Assembly: GCA_036846365.1 (NCBI GenBank)
Contig: DAIUCC010000008.1
Span: 12,922-76,921, forward strand
Direction: 5' to 3'
DNA from: Anaerolineales bacterium
GTDB lineage: Bacteria; Chloroflexota; Anaerolineae; Anaerolineales; Villigracilaceae
Length of the DNA stretch: 64,000 nucleotides
This document shows positions 1 to 9,137 of this stretch, in pieces. The translations under genes and the position numbers were made by a program. Position 1 is the first letter of the stretch; every line of letters begins with the position of its first letter. Under the pieces are notes generated by a model that saw only the letters and a program-made list of their open reading frames with translations, did not search any database and had not been told where the DNA came from.

Positions 1-453
1 GGTGACCTTGAGACGCTGATCGGGCGTGACCAGCATATTGTGCGGCTTGACGTCGCAGTGGACCAGCCCGGCGCGGTGGGCGTAGCCCAGCCCCGCGCAG
101 GCCTGCACCATGAGCGGAATGGCCTCTTCCACGCGGAAGCGGCCACGTTTGCGGATCAGGGTCTTGAGGTCGGTGCCCGGGACGTTCTCCATCACGATGT
201 AGAGCCGTCCCTCGCTCAGACCGAAATCGTGCACGGTGACGATGTTGGGATGTGAGAGGTTGGCCGCGGCGCGCGCCTCCTGGCGGAAGCGATCCTGGAA
301 GGCCTGGTTCTCGGTGTAATCCTTGCGCAGCACCTTGATCGCCACGTAACGGTCGAGCATCACGTCGCGGGCGCGGAAAACTTCCGCCATTCCGCCCGTG
401 CCGAGACGCTCCAACAACTGATAGCGATTGTTGAGCAGGGTGCCTTCGTTCAT
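1..453 (-). CDS. Ser/Thr protein kinase, N-terminal part (C-terminus runs off window start)
   Basis: Reverse translation gives MNEGTLLNNRYQLLERLGTGGMAEVFRARD...VAIKV (ATP-binding) and ...GYAHRAGLVHCDVKPHNMLV (catalytic loop HxD...K); not in ORF track because truncated at edge. Confidence 0.8.
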   Translation of the reverse strand, partial: MNEGTLLNNRYQLLERLGTGGMAEVFRARDVMLDRYVAIKVLRKDYTENQAFQDRFRQEARAAANLSHPNIVTVHDFGLSEGRLYIVMENVPGTDLKTLIRKRGRFRVEEAIPLMVQACAGLGYAHRAGLVHCDVKPHNMLVTPDQRLKVT

Positions 454-512
454 CGAAAAGATTATAACATGCAGGGTTTGGGAGAGGATGGAGAGACAGG
501 TATAATCATCCC

Positions 513-1070
513 ATGCGGCGGCAAGATCGATGTCCGTCCACACGTGTTGAAAACCCTGATGTCCGCTGGAGCCTTGAGCCTGTTGCAGAGTCCCGTATGA
601 AATTATCTAATTACCTGAACCGTTGGGTGATTCTGGGATCGATCGGAGTCGCCGCCCTGTTGCTGGTCCTGACCCTGGTCCTGATCGGCCTGACCAGTCC
701 GCGTGCCACGCCCGAGGTGGGTTTCGTCCCCGCCGACTTGACCATGCTGCCCGCCCCGACGCACACCCCGCTCGCCACACTGATTCCCACCCTCGACCCG
801 AACGTGACTCCCACCCTGGCGGAGGGCGTCATCGGCATCGGCGGTTACGTGCAAATCACGGGCACCGAGGGCCAGGGGCTGCGCCTGCGCTCCTCGCCCG
901 GCCTGAACGGCGGACAGGCCTTCCTCGGATTCGACGAGGAAGTGTTCGAGGTCCGCGATGGACCGAAGGAAGCCGACGGATACACCTGGTGGTACCTGGT
1001 CGCCCCGTATGATGAAACCCGTGCCGGCTGGGCCGCCGCCGATTTTCTGGCGGTCGTGCCTTCGCCGTAG
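513..1070 (+). CDS. membrane-anchored SH3b-domain protein
   Basis: One TM helix (ILGSIGVAALLLVLTLVLIGL) then bacterial SH3-like C-terminus (GYVQITGTEGQGLRLRSSPG...WWYLVAPYDETRAGWAAADFLAVV). TATAAT at ~503-508 directly upstream of ATG 513 (leaderless-type); alternative start ATG 597. Confidence 0.6.
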   Translation: MRRQDRCPSTRVENPDVRWSLEPVAESRMKLSNYLNRWVILGSIGVAALLLVLTLVLIGLTSPRATPEVGFVPADLTMLPAPTHTPLATLIPTLDPNVTPTLAEGVIGIGGYVQITGTEGQGLRLRSSPGLNGGQAFLGFDEEVFEVRDGPKEADGYTWWYLVAPYDETRAGWAAADFLAVVPSP

Positions 1071-1125
1071 CCCCATAAACCCTCACCCCGTCCCCTCTCC
1101 CAGTGGGAGAGGGGGGAAAGCTGAT

Positions 1126-1470
1126 ATGAACGAAAGACCTACTGGAATCACCGCCAACAAGACCGCCCACGAGTTCACCGTCACATGGAACGACGGGCAT
1201 ATCAGCGTCTATCCATTCGGGCTGCTGCGCGCAGCCTGTCCGTGCGCCACGTGCCGTGGTGGACACGAGAACATGAGCTCCGAGCCCGATGCGGACGTGT
1301 TCAATGTAAAGATGGAAGACTCGCCCGCCACGCGCATCAGCAATGTAGTGGCTGTCGGCTCCTACGCGCTGACGGTCGTCTGGGAAGACGGGCATGACTA
1401 CGGAATCTATAATTGGCATTACCTGCGCGCGCTTTGTCCGTGCGCGGAATGCCGAGCCAAGGCAAAATAG
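1126..1470 (+). CDS. DUF971 (GBBH-like N-terminal domain) family protein
   Basis: 114 aa with paired CPC/CxxC motifs (AACPCATCRGG ... ALCPCAECR); GGAGAGGGGGG RBS-like stretch upstream; start by codon arithmetic from ORF 958..1470. Confidence 0.7.
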   Translation: MNERPTGITANKTAHEFTVTWNDGHISVYPFGLLRAACPCATCRGGHENMSSEPDADVFNVKMEDSPATRISNVVAVGSYALTVVWEDGHDYGIYNWHYLRALCPCAECRAKAK

Positions 1471-1475
1471 GAATC

Positions 1476-1507
1476 AAAAACGGCGCTCCTCGCGCCGTTT
1501 TATTTTG
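1476..1507. terminator. bidirectional rho-independent terminator between convergent DUF971 and ogt
   Basis: aaacggcgc-tcct-gcgccgttt stem followed by tattttgg; reverse strand also gives hairpin + tttttgattcc. Confidence 0.6.
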
Positions 1508-1515
1508 GAGTCATC

Positions 1516-2031
1516 TCAAGCCAGCACAGCTCCTTCGAGTTGCAGCAACCACTCCTTGGTGGGCAGACCATCGCCGCCGCCATAACCGTGGAGTTTGCCG
1601 TCCGCGCCGATGAGGCGGTGACAGGGAATGACCAGCGGCATGGGATTCGTGGCATTGGCCCGTCCCACTCCGCGATAGGCATTGGGGCGTCCGATCTGGG
1701 CGGCGATCTCGGCATAGGTGCTGGTCTCGCCGTAGGGGACAGCACACACCGCCTCCAGCACCGTCCGCTGGAAGGGCCGCAGCACGGACCAGTCGATGGC
1801 GAAGGTGAAGTCACGACGCTGGGCGATCAGATACTCGAAGACTTGCTTCGCGTACGGAGCCACACGCTCCTGATCCTCAATCACGGGACGCGCCAGCCGC
1901 CGCAGGAAACGATCCAGATCGGGCTGGGCAGCGGCCCATTCCACGGCGACCAGGCCCAGTTCCGAGACAACAAGGCGCAAGTCTCCCACCGGGGTGCGGT
2001 TCAAACTTCCCAGAGATAGTTCCCGAGTCAT
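1516..2031 (-). CDS. ogt: methylated-DNA--protein-cysteine methyltransferase
   Basis: C-terminal DNA-binding/active-site region with IPCHRLIG (PCHR motif), YGETSTYAEIA; AAGGAGG RBS upstream on minus strand. Confidence 0.85.
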   Translation of the reverse strand: MTRELSLGSLNRTPVGDLRLVVSELGLVAVEWAAAQPDLDRFLRRLARPVIEDQERVAPYAKQVFEYLIAQRRDFTFAIDWSVLRPFQRTVLEAVCAVPYGETSTYAEIAAQIGRPNAYRGVGRANATNPMPLVIPCHRLIGADGKLHGYGGGDGLPTKEWLLQLEGAVLA

Positions 2032-2267
2032 CCTGCCTCCTTTTATCGAGCGCCAAAACTTACACTGCTGTTAGTTGTCGAACAATCGTAGGGGAAACGT
2101 AGGTCTCTCGTCAAGTACTATTCGGACAAGCATGATAAATTAGGGAGCGTAAGGTGATTTCTCTTCTCCTCCTTTCAAGGGAACCGCGGTCGGCGTCCGC
2201 GGTTCTCGAACTTTAACGGGGGGAGTGTTGGCAGTATAATCCCATCATCTCAAGTTGTGAGGATGAA

Positions 2268-3254
2268 ATGGCGATACAGATCACAATCATCGGACTTGGA
2301 CAAATCGGCGGCTCGATTGGCCTGGCGCTGGCAGGACAAAAAGCCGCGCTCAAGCGTGTGGGTCACGACAAGAAAGTGGATGTGGAGCGCGCCGCGCAAA
2401 GCAAGGGCGCCGTGGATGAAGTAAAACACAACCTGCCCTCGGCCGTGCGCGATGCCGACCTAGTGCTGTTGTGCCTGCCCGTCAGCCAGGTGCGCGAGAC
2501 GCTGGAATTCATCGCGCCCGACCTGAAGGAAGGCGCGGTGGTGATGGACACCTCCCCCGTCAAGAGCGGCGTCCTCGAATGGGCGCAGAGCATCCTGCCG
2601 CCCAAGCGTTACTTCGTCGGGCTGGTGCCGTCAGTGAATCCCGATGCGCTGCACGAGATCAAGTTCGGGCTGGCAGCGGCCCGTGCGGACCTGTTCCAAA
2701 AGGGCGTGATGATCATCGACGCCCCGCGTGGGACGCCGGGTGAGGTGGTCCAACTGGCCTCGGACCTGGCGCGCCTGCTGGGATCCGAACCGATGCTGGC
2801 AGACCCGCTCGAGTCGGACGGGCTGATGGCCCGCATGCACCTGTTGCCGCAACTGGCGGCAGCGGCCCTGCTCAACGCCACCGTGGACCAGCCCGGCTGG
2901 ATGGAAGCCCGCAAGATGGGCGGCCGCGCCTTCGCGGCGGTCACGGCAGGGCTGGCCTACCAGGACGAGATCGACTCGTTGCGCATATCTGCCATGCAGA
3001 ACCGTACCAGCACCGTCTACGCCCTGGACGTGATGATCGCCGCCCTGCAAGGCATCCGCAACGACCTGGAGTCGGGCAACGATGACGGCATCGCCGTCCG
3101 CCTGGAGCAGGCGCTCGAAGGCCGCAACGACTGGATGAACGACCGTCTCAAGGCGGAATGGGCCACGGGCATCGAACGCAAACCCATCGACATCCCGAGC
3201 TTTGCCGAGCGTTTCTTTGGCAGCACCTTCTACAAGCGCGAACAGGATCAATGA
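2268..3254 (+). CDS. tyrA: prephenate/arogenate dehydrogenase-like NAD(P)-binding protein
   Basis: N-terminal Rossmann IIGLGQIGGSIGLAL typical of TyrA family; GAGGA RBS; TATAAT at ~2235. Confidence 0.6.
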   Translation: MAIQITIIGLGQIGGSIGLALAGQKAALKRVGHDKKVDVERAAQSKGAVDEVKHNLPSAVRDADLVLLCLPVSQVRETLEFIAPDLKEGAVVMDTSPVKSGVLEWAQSILPPKRYFVGLVPSVNPDALHEIKFGLAAARADLFQKGVMIIDAPRGTPGEVVQLASDLARLLGSEPMLADPLESDGLMARMHLLPQLAAAALLNATVDQPGWMEARKMGGRAFAAVTAGLAYQDEIDSLRISAMQNRTSTVYALDVMIAALQGIRNDLESGNDDGIAVRLEQALEGRNDWMNDRLKAEWATGIERKPIDIPSFAERFFGSTFYKREQDQ

Positions 3255-3496
3255 CCTGTTATTGTTACATCGTCGAGTGCTCCGACGGGACCTTCTACAC
3301 CGGCTGGACCACCGACCCCGAGCGGCGGGTGAAGACACACAACGCGGGCCGCGGCGCCAAGTACACCCGCACCCGCCGCCCCGTCCATCTGGTCTACGTG
3401 GAGGAGCAACCCGACCGCACGACCGCCATGAAACGAGAGAGGGCCATCAGGGCCCTCCCGCGAGAAAAGAAAATGAAGTTGACGAAAAGACCCTAA
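3251..3496 (+). CDS. GIY-YIG nuclease family protein (UPF0213-like)
   Basis: MTCYCYIVECSDGTFYTGWTTDPERRVKTHNAG... matches GIY-YIG small-protein family; ATGA start/stop overlap with upstream gene. Confidence 0.75.
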   Translation: MTCYCYIVECSDGTFYTGWTTDPERRVKTHNAGRGAKYTRTRRPVHLVYVEEQPDRTTAMKRERAIRALPREKKMKLTKRP

Positions 3497-3520
3497 AGGT
3501 TTTGAAAACCTTTAGGGTCT
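3488..3520. terminator. bidirectional terminator (perfect hairpin) between GIY-YIG gene and convergent PRTase gene
   Basis: agaccctaaaggtttt-gaaaacctttagggtct perfect inverted repeat + cgtttt; hairpin includes the TAA stop. Confidence 0.65.
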
Positions 3521-3524
3521 CGTT

Positions 3525-4076
3525 TTAGTCTTTGAAGACCGGCAAATGTCCGAGCGCGGTAATGTGCATCCACTGGGCGCGGTCGCCTTCGGTGAAGATG
3601 GCGGCCTCGGCGGCCACGCTGGCCCCGGTCTTGTCGAGGATCAGGCGCATGCCTTGCAGCGTCGAGCCGGTGCTGATGACGTCGTCCAACACGACCACCT
3701 TCTTCCCCTGGATGACCTCGCGGTCCTTCTCGTCGAGGATCAGGGTCTGCGGCTGCCCCGTGGTAATGGACAAGGTCTCAGTCTGGATGGCGTCGCCCAT
3801 GTACGGCTTGTAGGACTTGCGCAGCACGATGTAGGGCTTGTTCATCTCCGCGGAAAGCGCGTACGCCAACGGGATGGATTTGGCTTCGGCGGTCATGAAC
3901 AGGTCGAAGTCCAGGTCCTTCAGCCGTTTGGCTAATTCCTTCGCGCAGGCCTGCACCAGTTCGGTGTCGCCCAGGATATTCAGGATGGCGATGCGCAGCC
4001 CGGGGGCCACTTCGAACAATCGCAAGTTCCGCTTGACGCCCGCCACTTCCACGGGATAGGTATCATATTGCGCCAT
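3525..4076 (-). CDS. type I phosphoribosyltransferase (adenine/xanthine PRTase-like)
   Basis: PRPP-binding motif VVVLDDVISTGSTL; 183 aa. Confidence 0.7.
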   Translation of the reverse strand: MAQYDTYPVEVAGVKRNLRLFEVAPGLRIAILNILGDTELVQACAKELAKRLKDLDFDLFMTAEAKSIPLAYALSAEMNKPYIVLRKSYKPYMGDAIQTETLSITTGQPQTLILDEKDREVIQGKKVVVLDDVISTGSTLQGMRLILDKTGASVAAEAAIFTEGDRAQWMHITALGHLPVFKD

Positions 4077-4155
4077 GACTTCCTCCAGAAATATGTATAG
4101 ACGGGGCGAAGTTTATCACAACCTTTTTGAAAAACCAACGCGGTATAATCCTTTC

Positions 4156-4371
4156 GTGCTTCCCGACCTGCAACTCAACGATCACTTGCGCCTGCGAAAG
4201 CCCCATCCCTGCGGCTCCTACGAGTGGACCGTCATCCGCCTCGGCGCGGATATCGGCCTGGAGTGCAAGGGCTGCGGTCGGCGCGTGATGCTCACCCGCC
4301 GCGAGTTGACGCGGCGGCTCAAGACCAACCTCACCCCCCACGAGCCCAAACCCAATGACAACTCCCAATAA
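4156..4371 (+). CDS. DUF951 family small protein
   Basis: KPHPCGSYEWTVIRLGADIGLECKGCGRRVM core of DUF951; likely GTG start at 4156 sited 6 nt after TATAAT (4144-4149, leaderless-type); ORF-track ATG at 4075 would overlap divergent PRTase start and is rejected. Confidence 0.5.
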   Translation: MLPDLQLNDHLRLRKPHPCGSYEWTVIRLGADIGLECKGCGRRVMLTRRELTRRLKTNLTPHEPKPNDNSQ

Positions 4372-5485
4372 GCGACCGCACATCCTGTTCCTTTTTTCCG
4401 ATACGGGCGGGGGACACCGCTCCGCGACCGAAGCCATCATCGAGGCCCTGAGCCTGGAATATGGCGACGCCGTCTCCACCGAGATGGTGGACTTCTTCAA
4501 GGATTACGCCCCCCTGCCGTTCAACAAAATGCCCAATTGGTACCCGGAGATGGTCAAAGCCCCGCGTTTGTGGAGCGCCTCCTTCTACGCCACGGACGGG
4601 CGCGCCCGCGCACGGGCCATCACCACAGCCATGTGGCCGGTGGCCCGCCAACCCGCACGCGAGATGATCAAAGGCCACCCCGCAGACCTGATCGTCACGG
4701 TCCACCCGTTCTCCAACACCTTTGCGTTGAAGGCCCTGCCCAAGAACCGCCCGCCCTTCATCACCGTCGTGACCGACATGGTCACCACCCACGCTCTATG
4801 GTTCGACAAGCGCGCCGACCGCATCCTCGTCCCCACCGAAAGCGCCCGCCAAAACGCTGTCCGCTATCACATGGACCCACAGCAAGTACGCGTGGTGGGC
4901 CTGCCCGTCGCAGACCGCTACTGTCAGCCGGTCGGCGACAAGCGCGCCCTGCGCGAAAAACTCGGCTGGCCGCAGGACAAGTCCATCGTCTTGATGGTCG
5001 GCGGCGGCGAGGGGATGGGGCCGCTCGGCAAGATGGCCCTCGCCGTGGATGAATGCGGCCTGGACCTGGGCCTGGTCGTCGTGGCCGGGCGGAATCAGCG
5101 CCTGAAAGAATCGCTGGGGGAACACGCCTGGGAGAATCCCACCTTCGTCTATGGCTTCACGCGCGACATGCCCGACTTCATGCGCGCCGCCGACTTCATC
5201 ATCACCAAGGCTGGCCCGGGCACGATTGCCGAAGCCATCAACGCCCACCTGCCCATCATCCTCTATGCCAAGCTACCCGGACAGGAAGACGGCAACGTCA
5301 CCTTCGTGGAAGAGGAGGGAGTCGGCGTCTGGGCGCCCACACCGCAACTGGTGGTGCGCGCGCTCACGCGCTGGACCAGTCGTCCGCAGGAGAAAGCCGC
5401 CGTGGTGGAGAGTTGTCGCCGCGTGGCGCGGCCCGACGCGGCCCGTCAGATCGCGCGCGAGATCATGAAATTCTTCGAGGGGTAA
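4355..5485 (+). CDS. GT28-family glycosyltransferase (MGDG synthase / processive diacylglycerol glycosyltransferase-like)
   Basis: N-terminal ILFLFSDTGGGHRSATEAI (MGDG-synthase-type motif), C-terminal GT-B fold residues (ITKAGPGTIAEA). Confidence 0.75.
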   Translation: MTTPNKRPHILFLFSDTGGGHRSATEAIIEALSLEYGDAVSTEMVDFFKDYAPLPFNKMPNWYPEMVKAPRLWSASFYATDGRARARAITTAMWPVARQPAREMIKGHPADLIVTVHPFSNTFALKALPKNRPPFITVVTDMVTTHALWFDKRADRILVPTESARQNAVRYHMDPQQVRVVGLPVADRYCQPVGDKRALREKLGWPQDKSIVLMVGGGEGMGPLGKMALAVDECGLDLGLVVVAGRNQRLKESLGEHAWENPTFVYGFTRDMPDFMRAADFIITKAGPGTIAEAINAHLPIILYAKLPGQEDGNVTFVEEEGVGVWAPTPQLVVRALTRWTSRPQEKAAVVESCRRVARPDAARQIAREIMKFFEG

Positions 5486-5488
5486 AGT

Positions 5489-5512
5489 GAGCGGCGGGCA
5501 ATGCCCGCCGCT
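5489..5512 (+). terminator. hairpin after GT28 gene
   Basis: agcggcgggca-atg-cccgccgct palindrome immediately after stop. Confidence 0.45.
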
Positions 5513-5518
5513 GTCGTT

Positions 5519-6001
5519 TCAATCTGATAACGTGAGTCCCTTATATTGCTCTTCTGTAACAAAATATAGAACAAAACGTAAATATGCACTGATATCTTCA
5601 GTTTCCGACATTTTCTGGAGCACCTCAAATTTTTCTTTTCCAAGTTTTACAAAATCTGTTGTCATACACAGACGATTAAAATTAGTAATGCATTCATGTG
5701 CACTTCGCACCACATAATCTTGCCAGATTTCAGAATCCGATTTGTCATCGGGATTGAAATTTAACCAATACAATTCACAGGTACCACCAGGTATTCGAAA
5801 CTGCACTTCTCCACCTTGCGTAGCTAAGTTTTGTTTCTTGGCTGCCAGAATTGCTTCTTCAACGTCATCTTTTCGCCAGGCATATTCTTTTCCTCGCAAT
5901 GATGCTTTCGACAACACGGTTTGGGGTAATAATTCTTCGGGGTCCATAACTTTTCTCAACTGATCCAGGTAGGAATTTCTATTTTCCAAACACCTTATCA
6001 A
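5519..6001 (-). CDS. hypothetical protein, strongly AT-rich singleton (likely horizontally acquired)
   Basis: 160-aa ORF in a visibly AT-rich ~0.5 kb patch embedded between GC-rich genes; overlaps 3' end region of upstream hydrolase gene by 23 nt; no recognisable motif. Confidence 0.5.
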   Translation of the reverse strand: MIRCLENRNSYLDQLRKVMDPEELLPQTVLSKASLRGKEYAWRKDDVEEAILAAKKQNLATQGGEVQFRIPGGTCELYWLNFNPDDKSDSEIWQDYVVRSAHECITNFNRLCMTTDFVKLGKEKFEVLQKMSETEDISAYLRFVLYFVTEEQYKGLTLSD

Positions 6002-6860
6002 AAAAATCGATGACCCGTGATTCGTATTTCTCAGGGAATTTTGCGTGCATGTTCAGGTGATACGCCTTCGGCTCGGTCCAGAGCAGGCGCGGCTCGCCTG
6101 CAGCATCATAGAGCTGCTGCGCTGACTCAACGGGAATGTTGTCGTCGCTCATGCCCTGGATAATGAAGATAGGCCGTGGACTGATTTTGCCGATATCGTC
6201 CACGGCGCGCACCGAGTTTACACTGATGCCTGTTTGCAGTTGAGCCCACATACGGACCAACTCACGCAAGCCGGGGATTGGCACGCGCAGATTCAGTTCA
6301 TCGCTCAGGGTGTTGAAGGCGCTGTCTGCCACGACTGCCTCGATCTGCGAATACTGTGCCGCCGCACGGATCATGGTGACCGCGCCCATCGATCCGCCCC
6401 AACCCGCCACGTGTTCTACTTCGGGTTGCACCAGGGCAAAATCCAGTGCGGCCTTTACATCACGCACCTCATAATACCCCAGTGACGTGAACTCTCCTTC
6501 GCTCTCACCGTGCGCGCGGAAATCCCAGGCCAGCACACCGTAGCCATGTCTGGCGAACAACGCATACATGTCGGTGGCGATCGATGAGCCATGTCCATGC
6601 GCCACTAGAATGACCACGCCGTTTTGCGGCGGCGTGTACCACGCGTGAAGTTTTAAGCCGTCTTCTGTGGTGAGCGTCACCGTTTGAAAATCGATTCCCT
6701 GCTCTTGAAGCGGGAGAGGCGAGGCAATCCAACGGGCAGGATGCAAATAAAGCTGTGTTTGATGGTAACTCAACGCCAAGGCTCCTCCCAAGCCAAGCAG
6801 GAGCAGGAATACGATCACCACCATCAACAGGTTGAACCAGTAGCGCCACCCTCGTTTCAT
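5979..6860 (-). CDS. membrane-anchored alpha/beta hydrolase
   Basis: N-terminal TM helix; nucleophile elbow GWGGSMG (GxSxG); HGHGSS oxyanion region. Confidence 0.75.
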   Translation of the reverse strand: MKRGWRYWFNLLMVVIVFLLLLGLGGALALSYHQTQLYLHPARWIASPLPLQEQGIDFQTVTLTTEDGLKLHAWYTPPQNGVVILVAHGHGSSIATDMYALFARHGYGVLAWDFRAHGESEGEFTSLGYYEVRDVKAALDFALVQPEVEHVAGWGGSMGAVTMIRAAAQYSQIEAVVADSAFNTLSDELNLRVPIPGLRELVRMWAQLQTGISVNSVRAVDDIGKISPRPIFIIQGMSDDNIPVESAQQLYDAAGEPRLLWTEPKAYHLNMHAKFPEKYESRVIDFFDKVFGK

Positions 6861-6862
6861 GG

Positions 6863-7696
6863 CTACTCCAGCACCAAATTATCGATCAGGCGAGTCCTGC
6901 CGATCAGCACGGCCATCGAGAGCAGGGTCTTGCCTGCGACGGTTTTCAACTCGGCCAGCGTGTCGTAGTCCGCGCAGGAGACGTATTGTATCTGTGCGCG
7001 CGGCTCGACGGCGATGACCTCCTTCATTTTGGCGCGCAACGTCTCGGCATCCCGTTCGCCCGCATCGTACAGGTCCTTCGCGGCGGTCAGCGCACGCGAA
7101 AGCACCAGCGCAGCCTGACGGTCGGTGCCTTCCAGATATTTGTTGCGGCTCGACATGGCCAACCCGTCCGCTTCACGCACGATGGGGCAGACCACGACCT
7201 CGATGGGGTAGCTCAGGTCGCGCGTCATCTGGCGGATGACCGCCGCCTGCTGGGCGTCCTTCTGCCCGAAATAAGCCTTGTGCGGCTGGACGGCGTTGAA
7301 CAACTTGGCGACCACCGTGGTCACACCGCGGAAATGGCTCGGGCGCATGGCCCCTTCGAGTGGTTTCGTCAACATCTCCACCTCGACCCAGGTCTGGTAC
7401 CCGCTCGGATACATGATCTCAGGGGTGGGATTCCACACCAGGTCCACGCCGAGTGGCTCGATCAGGCTCAGGTCACGCTCCAGGTCGCGTGGATACTTCG
7501 AGAGATCCTCGGTGGGAGCGAACTGTGTCGGGTTGACGAAGATACTGACGGCCACGTGGTCGCACTCCGCTTTGGCGCGGCGGATAAGGGAGAGATGTCC
7601 CTCATGGAGATACCCCATGGTCGGGACCAGGCCCCAAGTCCCAGGCAGGGCGGAGCGGATGCTCCATAATTTGTCTAGACCAATCGCAATTTCCAT
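6863..7696 (-). CDS. panC: pantoate--beta-alanine ligase
   Basis: PTMGYLHEGHLSLI (HIGH-like), QMTRDLSYPIEVVVCPIVREADGLAMSSRN; 277 aa. Confidence 0.9.
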   Translation of the reverse strand: MEIAIGLDKLWSIRSALPGTWGLVPTMGYLHEGHLSLIRRAKAECDHVAVSIFVNPTQFAPTEDLSKYPRDLERDLSLIEPLGVDLVWNPTPEIMYPSGYQTWVEVEMLTKPLEGAMRPSHFRGVTTVVAKLFNAVQPHKAYFGQKDAQQAAVIRQMTRDLSYPIEVVVCPIVREADGLAMSSRNKYLEGTDRQAALVLSRALTAAKDLYDAGERDAETLRAKMKEVIAVEPRAQIQYVSCADYDTLAELKTVAGKTLLSMAVLIGRTRLIDNLVLE

Positions 7697-7765
7697 GACT
7701 TTATCCTCGTTGACAGTTAGAAAAGATGTGCTAGAATGACGCCACCAATTAGAAAAGGAGATCGA

Positions 7766-7957
7766 ATGGCATACAGTTTCACCAACTCAAAGGGAACCAC
7801 CTATTACCTGCATGCAAAGAAGACCGGCGAAGCGGGCAAGGAACGCACCCTCTACTTCTTCTCCAAGGAGATCAAGGAAGGCGCGATCGATGCAGTGCCC
7901 GCGGGCTACACCGTGGCTGAAATGAAGACGGGCTTGCCCGTTTTGAAGAAAGTATAA
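7766..7957 (+). CDS. small hypothetical protein (63 aa)
   Basis: AAAGGAG RBS 6 nt upstream of ATG 7766; followed by strong terminator. Confidence 0.5.
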   Translation: MAYSFTNSKGTTYYLHAKKTGEAGKERTLYFFSKEIKEGAIDAVPAGYTVAEMKTGLPVLKKV

Positions 7958-7975
7958 CCCCGAACAACATCGAAG

Positions 7976-8006
7976 AAAAATCCAGCATACGCTGGATTTT
8001 TTTGTT
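7976..8006. terminator. bidirectional terminator
   Basis: aaaaatccagcatacgctggatttttttg: hairpin flanked by A-run and T-run. Confidence 0.65.
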
Positions 8007-8009
8007 TGG

Positions 8010-9050
8010 CTAATTGACAGGTGTAGGCGGCGGCGTAGGGCACCTGGGCTCGGGACGTGAGGCGGAGTCGGGCATGCCAAAGGCCTCCAGAACAGGGCGT
8101 CCGTCCCACTCGGGCGGGATGGGCAGGCCCAGGGCCCAAGCGGCGGTGGCGGCCGTGTCGGTGGTGTTGACCGCGCTGGTAAGGACCCTCGGCTGGATGC
8201 CCGGGCCTACGGCAATCCACGGGATGGTCATGTCGGACGGAATGTCATAGCCGTGCGTGGTGCCGTGCCCGCCGTGGTCAGCGGTGACGATGATGAGGGT
8301 GTGCTCGCGCATGTTCGCCTTGTCGAGCGCGTCAAGGACGATCTGCAGAGCCGAGTCAGTACGGCGCAGGGTCATCAGTTGGGTCAGCGACATCCAGCCG
8401 TAGGAGTGTCCGTCAAGGTCGGGATCGGGAAAGTGGGCGAACAATAGGCTGAATCCGTTGGGGATGACCTGCGCCGCGCGTTTCGCCAGGATGGGATCCA
8501 GGTCGTTGACATGGATGAACACATCGGTGCTCTCAGGTTCGGTGATCTGGCGCAGTTTTTCCTTGCCGACCACCATAACCGTGCGCAGCCCCGCCGCGTG
8601 AGCCAGGTCGAACAGGTCGGTGCCCTGGGCATATCCATTTTCAGGCAGGTATTCGTTCCAGGTCACGCCATGCACCGACGGGCACAGCCCGGTCAACATG
8701 GAGGTATGCGATGGCAGGGTGGAACTGGGAAAGATGGTCTGCGCGTTGTAGGTATAGGCGCCCTGGGCAATCAAAGCCTGCAAATGCGGCATGGGGGCGT
8801 AGTCGATGGCGTCGGGGCGCAGACCGTCGATGCTGATGATGACCACGCGGGTGATGTCGGGGTGCGGGACCTCGGTGGGGGTGGCGGTCGGTTCGAGGGT
8901 GGGAGTCTCGGACGGGGGCGGGGTGACCGTTTCGGTGGGGAGGGGTGGCGGAGTCAGCGTGGGCGCAGGGGCAACCGCCGACAGCCCGGGCAGGCAGGAG
9001 GTCAGCGCCAGGACGAGCAGGAGCATTACAGAAATGTGAAGCCGCTTCAT
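8010..9050 (-). CDS. nucleotide pyrophosphatase/phosphodiesterase (alkaline-phosphatase superfamily) lipoprotein
   Basis: Lipobox LALTSC; Pro/Thr-rich linker; VVIISIDGLRPD metal-site motif; TADHGGHG. Confidence 0.75.
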   Translation of the reverse strand: MKRLHISVMLLLVLALTSCLPGLSAVAPAPTLTPPPLPTETVTPPPSETPTLEPTATPTEVPHPDITRVVIISIDGLRPDAIDYAPMPHLQALIAQGAYTYNAQTIFPSSTLPSHTSMLTGLCPSVHGVTWNEYLPENGYAQGTDLFDLAHAAGLRTVMVVGKEKLRQITEPESTDVFIHVNDLDPILAKRAAQVIPNGFSLLFAHFPDPDLDGHSYGWMSLTQLMTLRRTDSALQIVLDALDKANMREHTLIIVTADHGGHGTTHGYDIPSDMTIPWIAVGPGIQPRVLTSAVNTTDTAATAAWALGLPIPPEWDGRPVLEAFGMPDSASRPEPRCPTPPPTPVN

Positions 9051-9061
9051 TCCAAATCCTA

Positions 9062-9090
9062 TTGACGAGTAGAATATTTGTGCTAAAATC
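9062..9090 (+). promoter_or_regulatory. sigma70-like promoter upstream of ssb
   Basis: TTGACG -16 nt- TAAAAT. Confidence 0.4.
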
Positions 9091-9137
9091 TTATTACAAT
9101 TGAATATCTTGCTCTTTTAGAGAAAAGGAGACTAATC

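Noticed and set aside
2180-2207. Hairpin gaaccgcgg-tcggcgtc-ccgcggttc in the ogt/tyrA divergent region, considered as tRNA fragment or attenuator
   Set aside because: No tRNA-like T-arm/anticodon structure and no T-run on either strand. Could be a regulatory stem but evidence insufficient.
4075-4155. ORF-track ATG start at 4075 for the DUF951 gene
   Set aside because: It would overlap the divergent PRTase start codon (catg) leaving no promoter space. The conserved DUF951 core starts near 4156, where a TATAAT-6nt-GTG arrangement exists.
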